From the NCBI GenBank assembly GCA_964461905.1, contig CAYWVI010000001.1, positions 8,783 through 72,782 of the forward strand: DNA of 64,000 bases, given 5' to 3'. The position numbers and the translations under genes are program-made. The notes beneath the pieces are model-generated. The model was not told the DNA's origin. It saw only the letters and a program-made list of their open reading frames with translations, and searched no databases. This document shows positions 49,782-59,302 of the stretch, in pieces. Source of the DNA: an uncultured Rhizobium sp. (GTDB taxonomy: Bacteria > Pseudomonadota > Alphaproteobacteria > Rickettsiales > UBA1997). Each line of letters begins with the position of its first letter. The stretch's first letter is position 1.

Positions 49782-50264
49782 ATGACAATAATCTCAATTA
49801 TCATGGGCAGCAAATCAGACTTTGCTACCATGCAACATACTTGCCAAATTCTTGAAGATTTTGGTGTAAAATTTGAAACCAAAGTTGTTTCAGCACATCG
49901 CACTCCAAAAAGACTTTATGATTTCTGTGAGTTAGCAAAAAAAAGAGGGATAAAAATTATAATAGCTGGAGCTGGAGGCGCGGCGCATTTACCGGGAATG
50001 GCAGCTGCAATTACTGATTTACCTGTTTTGGGAGTTCCTGTTGAAAGTCGCGCGCTAAAAGGATTGGATTCTCTTCTTTCAATTGCCCAAATGCCTGCGG
50101 GAATTCCAGTTGGATGTCTAGCAATTGGAGAGGCTGGAGCAAAAAATGCTGCACTTTTGGCAATTGCTATACTTGCAATAAGCGATGAAAAACTAGCTAA
50201 AAAACTAGAAAAATTCCGTCAAAAACAAACTAAAGACGTTAAAGAAACAATCACAAAACATTAA
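49782..50264 (+). CDS. purE: 5-(carboxyamino)imidazole ribonucleotide mutase
   Basis: 160 aa with [14 protein letters not shown] and [10 protein letters not shown] motifs. Confidence 0.92.
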   Translation: MTIISIIMGSKSDFATMQHTCQILEDFGVKFETKVVSAHRTPKRLYDFCELAKKRGIKIIIAGAGGAAHLPGMAAAITDLPVLGVPVESRALKGLDSLLSIAQMPAGIPVGCLAIGEAGAKNAALLAIAILAISDEKLAKKLEKFRQKQTKDVKETITKH

Positions 50265-51373
50265 ACTTCGTTATATATTCTATTATCACGACGATCTAAC
50301 TTTTCAGCTCTAACTCCGGCATTAGTTTGTTTTTTTTCATATGTCTCTTCTTCATCTACACCACCTATAACCTTTTCACTGTTATTACGACAGCACAAAT
50401 AACTTATAGCTCCACCACAAATTGTTAAAAAAATTCCAGCTCCTAGCAAATATACATAAGGCTTATCAGGATCCCACCATTGATCATTTTCACTATTTGC
50501 TTGATAGATAACGGTATCGTTAGTTGCAATAGAAGGAAACATCGATGGTGATATCGATGGTGATGGCGATGGAGGATTTGTAGGACTATTAGTTGAAGCT
50601 AAGGTGTTAAGAATTGTTGGAATGAGAGTAGAAGGAGACAATGTTGGCATCAAACTCTCAGCAAGAGTTGGATTTAAAGTCGGAAAAAGAGTTGGAAAAA
50701 TAGATGGATTCAATGTTGGAGAAAAAGTTGGAGGACAAACAATATTAGGATCTCCATTACATTGAGCAGCAACTTCTCTTGAAATAAGATTCAAAAATAC
50801 AGCCAAGAAAAGCAAAGCTTTATAGGCAGAGCCAGAAATTGATTTATCACCAACAGAAATATTTTCATTTTCTATTTTAAATTCTTTTTGCAAGCTCTCT
50901 GCTGAAGAACCTAAAGCCACAATCATCTCTTCCTTCTTAAGACCAATTCCACAATAATCATCGGATTTAAATCTTTTTATTAAATCTTCTTGCTGTTTTT
51001 CAGCTAGCTTCGGGTAAACTTCTTTTAAAACCTCTCCCATTTCAAGAGGATTTGGACTAACGCCCTGACCTTTTTCCCAGTTTTTTGAAAAATATTGCTT
51101 TTCTTCATTAGTTAAAGAAAAGAACCATTCTAAATGACATTTTGCTTTTTCTTTAGCACTAAGATTAAGATATTCGTCTTTTGCTAAATCTAATGTTTTA
51201 TCCTTTGATCCAAGAGTAATATCATCTTTAGATCTAAGAATTGGACTTGGATTTTTTTCTTTTAAACCAACTGAAATATCATCACTAGATTCAGATTTGG
51301 AAATATAATTATGATTAGCCGCAAATTCCAAAAGTTTTGTTGGAGTATATCCTAAATTCTGAGGTTTTTTCAT
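50261..51373 (-). CDS. hypothetical membrane protein with Pro/Thr/Ser-rich stalk and C-terminal TM anchor
   Basis: 370 aa. A soluble N-terminal region of about 185 aa is followed by an internal hydrophobic segment ([15 protein letters not shown]), then PT-rich short repeats ([19 protein letters not shown]...[13 protein letters not shown]...[11 protein letters not shown]), a TM segment ([23 protein letters not shown]) and a charged tail. Confidence 0.55.
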   Translation of the reverse strand: MKKPQNLGYTPTKLLEFAANHNYISKSESSDDISVGLKEKNPSPILRSKDDITLGSKDKTLDLAKDEYLNLSAKEKAKCHLEWFFSLTNEEKQYFSKNWEKGQGVSPNPLEMGEVLKEVYPKLAEKQQEDLIKRFKSDDYCGIGLKKEEMIVALGSSAESLQKEFKIENENISVGDKSISGSAYKALLFLAVFLNLISREVAAQCNGDPNIVCPPTFSPTLNPSIFPTLFPTLNPTLAESLMPTLSPSTLIPTILNTLASTNSPTNPPSPSPSISPSMFPSIATNDTVIYQANSENDQWWDPDKPYVYLLGAGIFLTICGGAISYLCCRNNSEKVIGGVDEEETYEKKQTNAGVRAEKLDRRDNRIYNEV

Positions 51374-51408
51374 GATCTAAAGCTTAAATTAAAATTAGTT
51401 ATCAAAAA

Positions 51409-52068
51409 CTAGAATCGATAAGAAATGCCAAATTTTAAAACATCAACTCTTGTTTTATAACGACTAACAAGCCTGTTTAAAGTACCATCTGTTGTATTTC
51501 TTAAATCCATTGTGTGAGTTGTATATTCAATATTTACTGAAGTGAATTTATCGCAATTAAATCTTATTCCTCCTCCATAAATCCAATCCATCTCGGTACC
51601 GCTTCTAATACGAGAATTTGAATAATCGTTAAAATATTCACGAGTTTTATATGAAACCGCAACATAACCACCTGTCAAATATGGAGATATAACACTTGTC
51701 ATATCAAATCCAACATCAAGCTTTGGACCATATCGGTTTTGAATTTCAACTCTTTGCAATCTTTGTTGACTGCCAGTTCCATTGGCATGAGCTGTTGCAT
51801 TATTTAATTCAAGGATCAGTCCCGGAGCAATAAATAAACCTCCCATATTTACTGCATAAACATAATGAAGACCAGCACCATAATCACTATGACTAAAGCT
51901 TGGTTTGCGATCAGTTAATTGGGGATTATCGTTATTTGTAAACCTTTGATGAAACTTTATTTTTGTGTTGAGTAAATCGACACCAAAATATGAACCCTGT
52001 GTTTTAGCAAAAGCATTTCCACTCAAAATTGAAGTTAAAATAAAAATAGCAGCAGTTAGATTTTTCAT
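51409..52068 (-). CDS. small outer-membrane beta-barrel protein (OmpA-like/OMP_b-brl type)
   Basis: Signal peptide MKNLTAAIFILTSILSGNAFA, alternating beta strands, and a terminal ...FGISYRF. Start moved to ATG 52068, which removes the overlap with recR. Confidence 0.65.
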   Translation of the reverse strand: MKNLTAAIFILTSILSGNAFAKTQGSYFGVDLLNTKIKFHQRFTNNDNPQLTDRKPSFSHSDYGAGLHYVYAVNMGGLFIAPGLILELNNATAHANGTGSQQRLQRVEIQNRYGPKLDVGFDMTSVISPYLTGGYVAVSYKTREYFNDYSNSRIRSGTEMDWIYGGGIRFNCDKFTSVNIEYTTHTMDLRNTTDGTLNRLVSRYKTRVDVLKFGISYRF

Positions 52069-52084
52069 AATTTGTTGTTTAGTT

Positions 52085-52669
52085 TTAAAATTCTTTACGG
52101 GTTTTAAAAGCAATGTTTATGGTTCCTTCATCTAAATAATCAAGCTCACTTCCTATTGGAATTCCATGAGCAAGACGAGTTATTTTTAAATTAAAATCTT
52201 TTAAATTTTCAGATAAAAAATGAGCTGTAGTTTGTCCATCCATTGTTGCACTTGTTGCGATTATAACTTCTGAAACCTCTCCTGATTTTAAACGCATATA
52301 CAAAGATTCTAAATTTAAATCCTCGATAGTTTTTCCTGAAATTGCTGATAAATTTCCACCCAAAACATGATATTTTCCACGATAATTTTCAGCTCTTTCA
52401 ATTGCCCATAAATCAGCAACTTCTTCAACCACACAAATCAAACTATTATCTCGAGTTTTATTTAAGCAAATTCCACAAATTTTACCCTCATCAAGATTTC
52501 CACAAATTTCACAATTATGAATTTTTTCATTTAAATCACAAAGACTCGAAATTAATGGAATTAGTGATTTTTCTTTATTTGCAGCCAAGTTCAAAACTAT
52601 GCGTTTAGCAATTCTTGGGCCCATTCCCGGTAATTTGCTGATTATTTTACTTAGATTTTCAATCGACAT
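52085..52669 (-). CDS. recR: recombination protein RecR
   Basis: HhH N-terminus (LPGMGPRIAKR), a C4 zinc finger (CEICGN...CGIC) and a Toprim domain. Confidence 0.92.
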   Translation of the reverse strand: MSIENLSKIISKLPGMGPRIAKRIVLNLAANKEKSLIPLISSLCDLNEKIHNCEICGNLDEGKICGICLNKTRDNSLICVVEEVADLWAIERAENYRGKYHVLGGNLSAISGKTIEDLNLESLYMRLKSGEVSEVIIATSATMDGQTTAHFLSENLKDFNLKITRLAHGIPIGSELDYLDEGTINIAFKTRKEF

Positions 52670-52670
52670 G

Positions 52671-53930
52671 CTATTTCCTCAAAGCGCAATCAGCTTCTAC
52701 AACGTATTTATAAGTTGTAAGCTGTTCTAAACCAACTGGACCTCGAGCATGCAATTTTCCAGTTGATATTCCAACCTCTGCACCAAGACCAAATTCACCG
52801 CCATCAGCAAATTGAGTTGAGGCATTATGCATTACAATTGCTGAGTTAACTTTTTTTAGAAATTTTGCAGCCGCTAATTTGTCTTCCGTAACAATGCTTT
52901 CAGTGTGAGAAGAGCTATAAATTGCGATATGTTTCAAAGCCTCATCAATATCTTTTACAAGTTTTATTGAGATTATTTTGTCCAAATATTCGGTAAAAAA
53001 ATCTTTATCATTCGCCAACTTAATTCTTTTATCAATCTCACAAGCCGATTCATCTCCTCGCATTTCGCAACCAGCATTTGCTAAATCATCGGCAATTAAA
53101 GGCAGAAGTTTTTTGGCAATTTTTTTATCCATCAAAAGCGATTCTGTTGCACCACAAATACCAACTCTGCGCATTTTAGCATTAAGTAAAATTTTGCGAG
53201 CCTTTTCAAAATCAGCTTTTTCGTGAATGTAGGTATGACAATTTCCCTCAAGATGTTTAAAGATTGGAATTCTTGTATTTTCCATTATTGCCTTAATTAA
53301 AGACTTTCCACCACGAGGAATAACAACATCAATGTGATTATCCATTTTTAATAATTCGGTTACAAATTCTCTTTCCGTATTTGGAACTAAAATAACCACA
53401 TCTTTGCTTACTCCAACTTTTTCTAAAGCTTCTCGATAAATATCGACCAAAATTTTTGAAGTATTAATTGAATCAGAACCACAACGCAAAATCACCGCAT
53501 TTCCAGACTTTAAAGCTAAAGCTGCCACATCTGAAGCAACATTTGGACGTGATTCAAAAATTGCCATCAATAAACCAATTGGCACAGAAACTCTTTTTAT
53601 ATTTAAACCACTTTCACGATTGGTTTCAAAAAGAATTTTTCCTACTGGATCTGGAAGTTTTATAATATCTTTAACCGAGTTTGTTAAAGCTATGATCCTT
53701 TTTTCATCCAAAATCAAACGATCAATTTTAGCATCTTCAAGCTTACGATCTTTTGCCGCCTTAACATCTTTTAAATTAGCTTTAATAATTTTTTGCGTAT
53801 GTTTTTTGAGCAACTTTGCAACTTCTGATAAAACCAAATTTTTGGACTCGCTATCAAGAATTGAAATTTCTGCCGTGGCTCTTTTTGCATCATTACAAAT
53901 TTTTTGAACTTTTGATTTGATTTCGCTCAT
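52671..53930 (-). CDS. proA: glutamate-5-semialdehyde dehydrogenase
   Basis: 419 aa of the aldehyde dehydrogenase fold, with the catalytic region GICGATESLL and the NASTQFADGGEFG motif typical of ProA. Confidence 0.92.
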   Translation of the reverse strand: MSEIKSKVQKICNDAKRATAEISILDSESKNLVLSEVAKLLKKHTQKIIKANLKDVKAAKDRKLEDAKIDRLILDEKRIIALTNSVKDIIKLPDPVGKILFETNRESGLNIKRVSVPIGLLMAIFESRPNVASDVAALALKSGNAVILRCGSDSINTSKILVDIYREALEKVGVSKDVVILVPNTEREFVTELLKMDNHIDVVIPRGGKSLIKAIMENTRIPIFKHLEGNCHTYIHEKADFEKARKILLNAKMRRVGICGATESLLMDKKIAKKLLPLIADDLANAGCEMRGDESACEIDKRIKLANDKDFFTEYLDKIISIKLVKDIDEALKHIAIYSSSHTESIVTEDKLAAAKFLKKVNSAIVMHNASTQFADGGEFGLGAEVGISTGKLHARGPVGLEQLTTYKYVVEADCALRK

Positions 53931-55387
53931 AAAAATTTAATTAAAAATGGAGAAAATATTAGAGAAAGAACAATCACAATTGCTGTAGTAAAGGCAGTTA
54001 AAATCAGGCTAGAATCAAAATCAATAGACTTAGCAAGTTCTTGATCTTTTTGCGATCTAGCATTTTCTAAACGAGAAAAAAGTGGCCAAATAAGTTTCCA
54101 CGCAAACGCAAAAAGTGTTATAAAATTTACCAAAATAATTCCTATCGAAAGAATTAATTTTTGTTTAAAAATCACTTTTAATAAAAAGAATTTTTCAACC
54201 AATCCAACGCCGGGAGCCATTCCCATTAAATTTACAATTGCAAAAATTAACAAAATTGTGCTGATCTTTAACTCATAAAAAAGTCCATTCATAGATTTAT
54301 TTTCGGCTTTTGAGAGATATAAAACAAAATTTGAAATACAAAAAAAGAGTAATGTGATCGAAAATATGAAAGATAAAATTGCCATACTTATCTTTTCTTC
54401 ATCAAAAACCGCCAAAAGAAAAATTGAAAAAAGCACAAAAGAGAACTGCTGAAAGAACAAATAAAAGAATGAAGATTTAATGCCTTTACTCACAAAAACA
54501 CAAACACCAGCAACAATTATATTAAAAAGAAAAAGACCTTCAAAAATAGAAAAGCCAACCCCTGAAAATATTAAACTAAAATTCTCAATTCCAAAAATTG
54601 AGTATAAAACTTTGAGAAGTATGTAGATACTAACAAAGGCGTAAGACAAGAAAAACAAGCTGTAAATTGTGATCAAATCAAGATTGATGTCGCGATAAAG
54701 AAGATAAAACGGAACTAAAACCGAAAGAAACAAACCAACTAAATAAAATATCAAAAGCATTCCATATTTTGCAGAATCAATATCTCCTGAAATTATACCA
54801 TTAGGAGCAAAATCGACCTGACCAATAAACTTATAAGTTGCAACGATTGCTAAGAAAAAAAACAGAGATTCTAAATAAAGCAAAAATGTGAAAAAAGTTG
54901 AAAACTTTGTCTCTTTTTTATGAAGAAATTTAAGCCCAAAAAAATGACATAAAATTATCAAACAATTATAAAAGAATAAAATTGTTAGTAGATTTTTTCC
55001 TAAAATTATCAGATTTATAAAAGCAATAATTAAAGCCAAAAAAATCTTGAGATTAGTTGATTCTTTTAGCTCTAAAAGCCTTAAGAATTTTTGCGAATAA
55101 AAAGCAAAAACTATCCAGATAAAATTTAGCAAACCCAAAAAAACCAAACCAAGATGATCAATATCAAAACCTATTGCAACTCCTCTGGTAGCTTCGCTAA
55201 TCACTAAATAAGAGTTATCTCGCGCCAAATTTCCGTATATACCAATAAGATTAATTGCGAATAAAACTGGCAGCATTTTCTCAATCACACCAACAACTTT
55301 TGATGAATCATCACAAAACCTTGCGATTAAAGCATTCGCAAAAGGTATCAAAGAAATTAAAGCTATTAAAAACTGTGTTTGTGTCAT
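53927..55387 (-). CDS. polytopic membrane protein, degenerate paralogue of the proton-conducting antiporter subunit family (MrpD/NuoN-like)
   Basis: About 14 TM segments. Weakly collinear with the downstream-encoded neighbour and with the PF00361 pattern, but the FFE glutamate position reads FFY (NLLTILFFYNCL) and the K..PF.WL lysine is absent (SVLVPFYLLY). Confidence 0.45.
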   Translation of the reverse strand: MTQTQFLIALISLIPFANALIARFCDDSSKVVGVIEKMLPVLFAINLIGIYGNLARDNSYLVISEATRGVAIGFDIDHLGLVFLGLLNFIWIVFAFYSQKFLRLLELKESTNLKIFLALIIAFINLIILGKNLLTILFFYNCLIILCHFFGLKFLHKKETKFSTFFTFLLYLESLFFFLAIVATYKFIGQVDFAPNGIISGDIDSAKYGMLLIFYLVGLFLSVLVPFYLLYRDINLDLITIYSLFFLSYAFVSIYILLKVLYSIFGIENFSLIFSGVGFSIFEGLFLFNIIVAGVCVFVSKGIKSSFFYLFFQQFSFVLFSIFLLAVFDEEKISMAILSFIFSITLLFFCISNFVLYLSKAENKSMNGLFYELKISTILLIFAIVNLMGMAPGVGLVEKFFLLKVIFKQKLILSIGIILVNFITLFAFAWKLIWPLFSRLENARSQKDQELAKSIDFDSSLILTAFTTAIVIVLSLIFSPFLIKFL

Positions 55388-56890
55388 TTAAATTGTGTTT
55401 GAAAGTAGAAAGGACGCAAATTTAAGAGATAATTCATTGATCAATCCCGACAATAAAACAGTAAGACAGATTGTAACGATTAAGAACCAAAATGAGATCA
55501 GATAAAATTGATATTTCTTCAAACCAAAATCAGTTAAATTTTTCGCTTTTTCACCATGGTTCTTTGCATAAAATGCAGTGATTAATTTTACCGCAATGCT
55601 TGCTTGAACAAAAATTGAAATTAGCAATGAGATTAAAAGAAACGCTTCTAAACCAAGGCTAAAACTAGCATAAGCCATATACCAGTTCGCAAAAAATAAA
55701 AGCGTTAGAGGAAAGGCAGCAATAAAAAATATAAGCAATTTCATTGGCAAAACCAAAAGAAAATGATCACGACGAATTATGCTAAGTTTTGTAATTGATG
55801 ATGTGCCAAAATTACGCTTTAAAAAAGTTGCAAAAATAAACATCAGCAAATTTACAAAACTAAAGTTCAGCAAATAAAAGAAAGTGGCTTGTATTGATTC
55901 TATTGTTTGAAGTGCAATTCCAGCAAAAATAAATCCCAAATTATTAAGACAAAAATAGGCAGTTATCATCTTTAAATGCTTTTGCTGATAAAGCTTTATC
56001 GCACTATAAAAAATTAGTAATATTGATAGAAAAATTAAGATTGGAGCAAATTTAAAATCCGTGAATAACAGGTGATTGCCAAAGAAAAAATGTATGAATT
56101 TTAGAACTAAAAAAATTCCAACATTTGTTTTGATAAAAATTGACTCAATCGCCAAAAAATTAGCAATTGGGTTGCTACTTTTTAACTTTTCAAAATAAAG
56201 CCAAAATGGAAAAAATTTGATGATAATTGCAATTGTCATCAACGCAAAAATCATTACCAAAAACCATAAATTTGATTTAGCAACTAACGCCAAATCTTTA
56301 GAAATTATATCAAAATCAACGTGACCAAAAGCCAAATATAAAGCAAAGAAACTGAATATTAAAAGCAAAGAAGAAGCAGCATTAAGACAAAAATAGCGAA
56401 AAGTAATTTTAAGAAGATTTACATCTTTTGAAATCGAAAGAGTGGCAAAAAAACTGAATGCGTAAATTTCAAAAAATACGAAGAGATTTAGAAGGCTATT
56501 GGTTGTAAAAATGCCAACCAAACTAAAAAGATTAAGCAAAAAAACAGAATAAAAAATTCGACTATTATTTTGGTTCAAGAACTTTTCTATGTCCGAATTA
56601 TAGAAAAAAAGAATTACGATTTTTAAGAAAATCAGCAGCAATAAAAATAACATTCCCAAAACATCAAGCCTAAATTCTAAAGCTATCGACAAAGGAGAAA
56701 GCTTAAAATCGTTAGCTATTTTTTCATAAATCAAAACATCTGGCAAAACCTTTAGCGCAAAAAAGAAAAGAAGAAAACTAGAAAAAAGAGCAATTAAAAA
56801 TGAGAGGTTCTTACGAGAAACTGCTTGGCAAAGCAAAGCAGAAATCAGAGGAAGAAAAATTAGGAGGTAGATATTGCTAATTGTTCCCAT
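55388..56890 (-). CDS. MrpD/NuoN-type proton-conducting membrane transporter family protein (divergent)
   Basis: LNLFVFFEIYAFSFF resembles the MrpD TM5 motif DLFNLYVFFEV, with the Glu retained. IIKFFPFWL...NPIANFLA...FIKTNVGIF resembles the K..PfH.WLP...PvSAll...K.g.Y core of PF00361. Confidence 0.55.
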   Translation of the reverse strand: MGTISNIYLLIFLPLISALLCQAVSRKNLSFLIALFSSFLLFFFALKVLPDVLIYEKIANDFKLSPLSIALEFRLDVLGMLFLLLLIFLKIVILFFYNSDIEKFLNQNNSRIFYSVFLLNLFSLVGIFTTNSLLNLFVFFEIYAFSFFATLSISKDVNLLKITFRYFCLNAASSLLLIFSFFALYLAFGHVDFDIISKDLALVAKSNLWFLVMIFALMTIAIIIKFFPFWLYFEKLKSSNPIANFLAIESIFIKTNVGIFLVLKFIHFFFGNHLLFTDFKFAPILIFLSILLIFYSAIKLYQQKHLKMITAYFCLNNLGFIFAGIALQTIESIQATFFYLLNFSFVNLLMFIFATFLKRNFGTSSITKLSIIRRDHFLLVLPMKLLIFFIAAFPLTLLFFANWYMAYASFSLGLEAFLLISLLISIFVQASIAVKLITAFYAKNHGEKAKNLTDFGLKKYQFYLISFWFLIVTICLTVLLSGLINELSLKFASFLLSNTI

Positions 56891-58073
56891 TTTTTCTGCT
56901 TTGCATCATTTGCGCAAATTGTTCAAAAAGATAAAAACTGTCATCTGGACCAGGAGAACTTTCTGGGTGATATTGCACAGAAAATGCAGATTTGTCTTTT
57001 AGTCTTAAACCCTCAACACTGCGATCAAAAAGCGAAATATGAGTTACTTCTGCAATGTTTGGAATTGATTTTTCGTCAACACAAAAACCATGATTTTGGC
57101 TAGTAATTTCAACTTTTTTACTGTTTAAATCTTGCACTGGATGATTTGCTCCACGATGACCTTGATGCATTTTTGAAGTTTTTGCACCAATTGCCAAAGC
57201 CAAAAGTTGGTGACCAAGACAAATTCCAAAAAGAGGAATTTTATTTTTTAAAATTTCTTGAATTACTGAAATTGCGTATTTTCCAGTTTCAGCTGGATCT
57301 CCCGGACCATTTGATAAGAATACACCATCTGGTTGATATTTCATAATATCAGAAAAACTCGCTTTTGCTCCAACAACATTTACTTCGCAACCAACTTCTT
57401 CTAAGCAACGAAGAATGTTCAATTTTGCACCATAATCTATTGCAACAACTTTAAACTTTTTCTTAATGCTATTGTTGTAGGCATTATTTTTTTGCTGCCA
57501 TTTTGCTTCATTTTCCCATTTATATTCTTTGTTTTCACTTGCCGACTCTGCTAGTTCTACACCATTTAAATCTGTTTGTTTTTTTAACTCTTCTTTGGTT
57601 TTGCTAATTAAATCTTCATCAATTTTGTCAGCATAAATAATTGCTACCGATTTAGCACCTTTTGTTCTGATAAGCTTGGTAATTTTTCTTGTGTCGATTC
57701 CCGAAATTCCAGTTAAATTATTTTTTAGTAACCAATTATTAAGATCTTCTTGTGATCTGTAGTTTGAAGGGCTGGTAATTGGCTCGCGAATTATAATTCC
57801 TTTGGCTCGAATAGAATTTGCCTCAATATCTTTTGTGTTTGTTCCAATATTTCCAATGTGCGGAAATGTAAAATTGATAATTTGTCCAGAATAAGAAGGA
57901 TCAGTTATAATTTCTTGGTAGCCTGTAATTGCTGTGTTAAAACAAATTTCTCCGTAGGTAACTGACTTTTTTCCAACTCCATATCCATAAAAACATAAGC
58001 CATCCGAAAAAACTAATGCCGCGTTTTTTTCTTTCTGATAAAAACTTGGATAAAAAATATTTGCGTCTTTCAT
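56877..58073 (-). CDS. carA: carbamoyl-phosphate synthase small (glutaminase) subunit
   Basis: CPSase small-subunit N-domain, then a class I amidotransferase domain with GICLGHQLL and HGFCVD...YHPE. Confidence 0.92.
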   Translation of the reverse strand: MKDANIFYPSFYQKEKNAALVFSDGLCFYGYGVGKKSVTYGEICFNTAITGYQEIITDPSYSGQIINFTFPHIGNIGTNTKDIEANSIRAKGIIIREPITSPSNYRSQEDLNNWLLKNNLTGISGIDTRKITKLIRTKGAKSVAIIYADKIDEDLISKTKEELKKQTDLNGVELAESASENKEYKWENEAKWQQKNNAYNNSIKKKFKVVAIDYGAKLNILRCLEEVGCEVNVVGAKASFSDIMKYQPDGVFLSNGPGDPAETGKYAISVIQEILKNKIPLFGICLGHQLLALAIGAKTSKMHQGHRGANHPVQDLNSKKVEITSQNHGFCVDEKSIPNIAEVTHISLFDRSVEGLRLKDKSAFSVQYHPESSPGPDDSFYLFEQFAQMMQSRKNGNN

Positions 58074-58153
58074 GATATTTTTAAAACTGATGAGAATTTA
58101 AATTTAATTCTCAAAAAAATATTAGCCGCAATTCAATTCCGCAATTTAATTTT

Positions 58154-58441
58154 ATGATTAACTTTTTTGAAGATGATACACCACAACCTCTAATTATTTT
58201 AAAAGGAGAATATGGAATTATCACTGGTGATAACGCTATAATTGCTTCTCCAAATGCAAAAAGCGGCGTTGTAATGATTTTAAGTGATGAAAAAAATAAG
58301 GTTACAGCTCTAGCTCATTTTGATGAAAATCATGATCTTAGCGAAAGCTTAGAAAATATTATATTAGAAATGGTGAAAGCTGGAGCAGAAATAAAAAATT
58401 TGAAATGCAATTTAACTGAAAATGACAAAAGAAATTATTAA
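58154..58441 (+). CDS. hypothetical protein, resembles the N-terminal half of a CheD-like fold with the catalytic Cys replaced
   Basis: GEYGIITGDNAIIASPNAKSGVVMILSDEKNKVTALAHFD...EMVKAGAEIKNLKCNL can be aligned by eye to CheD (G...SGLGSCVGLVLYD....AGLVHVMLP...LIEAGC....LKAKLAGG). SC is replaced by SG. Weak, from-memory similarity. Confidence 0.35.
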   Translation: MINFFEDDTPQPLIILKGEYGIITGDNAIIASPNAKSGVVMILSDEKNKVTALAHFDENHDLSESLENIILEMVKAGAEIKNLKCNLTENDKRNY

Positions 58442-58844
58442 AGACCTGATGCATAGTGCTTCAAATATAACGCACCAAATTGCTGAAGGAATATCTCATG
58501 TTACACATGATTTAACTCAAAACATTGCTGATATCACAAGATCAAATGGTGATAAAATTGAAAATCTTCTTAGCGAAAAAGGGATTGATGTTGTTCGCGA
58601 AAATCGTCATGGAAACGATTGCCATAATATTGTTGCAAATAGCGATGGAACATTTTTTACCAATAATAGTGTAGATTTTTCTCGTAGTCTTTTAAACCAA
58701 ATTCTCTTTTCAAATAATGGTGAAGAAAGATTATCAAATGCTATGAGCAACCAAGAAAAACTACTAAAAAAAGTTCAAAACCCTCAACAAAAAGTGACTG
58801 CAAAAAAAGCATTCCATTTATTTCCAAACATAAATCTTAAATAA
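58422..58844 (+). CDS. hypothetical protein; central part resembles the C-terminal half of a CheD-like fold
   Basis: Overlaps the previous ORF by 20 nt in another frame. [34 protein letters not shown] aligns by eye with CheD [34 protein letters not shown]. Weak. Confidence 0.35.
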   Translation: MTKEIIKDLMHSASNITHQIAEGISHVTHDLTQNIADITRSNGDKIENLLSEKGIDVVRENRHGNDCHNIVANSDGTFFTNNSVDFSRSLLNQILFSNNGEERLSNAMSNQEKLLKKVQNPQQKVTAKKAFHLFPNINLK

Positions 58845-58846
58845 TT

Positions 58847-59299
58847 ATGTCATCAAAATTACTTCTTGGCAAAAAAACTGATTATACGTTCAACCAGCCT
58901 TCAAATAAAATTTTACAAAAGGTTTCTAATCCTCACAAAGATATTGATTATGCTATACGTTTTTCTTGCCCAGAATTTACCTCAATTTGCCCTATTACAT
59001 CACAACCAGATTTTGCTCATCTTGTGATTGATTATGTTCCAGACAAATCAATTGTTGAGAGCAAATCATTAAAACTTTATTTATTTTCTTACCGAAATCA
59101 CGGAGCTTTTCATGAAGATTGCACCGTTCAAATCGCCAAAGATATTATATCAACTATCAAACCAAAATGGTTAAGAATTGGCGGATATTGGTATCCACGT
59201 GGCGGAATTCCAATCGACATATTCTTTCAAAGCGGACAACTGCCAAAAGATGTTTGGATTAAAGAACAAGCTGTTCCTGAATATAAAGGAAGAGGATAG
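58847..59299 (+). CDS. queF: NADPH-dependent 7-cyano-7-deazaguanine (preQ0) reductase, type I
   Basis: 150 aa with [17 protein letters not shown] (catalytic Cys) and [20 protein letters not shown] (QueF motif). Confidence 0.9.
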   Translation: MSSKLLLGKKTDYTFNQPSNKILQKVSNPHKDIDYAIRFSCPEFTSICPITSQPDFAHLVIDYVPDKSIVESKSLKLYLFSYRNHGAFHEDCTVQIAKDIISTIKPKWLRIGGYWYPRGGIPIDIFFQSGQLPKDVWIKEQAVPEYKGRG

Positions 59300-59302
59300 A
59301 TT

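Noticed and set aside
52069-52113. 15-codon N-terminal extension of the small OMP overlapping recR
   Set aside because: The internal ATG at 52068 yields a canonical signal peptide (MKNLTAAIFILTSILSGNAFA) and removes the overlap.
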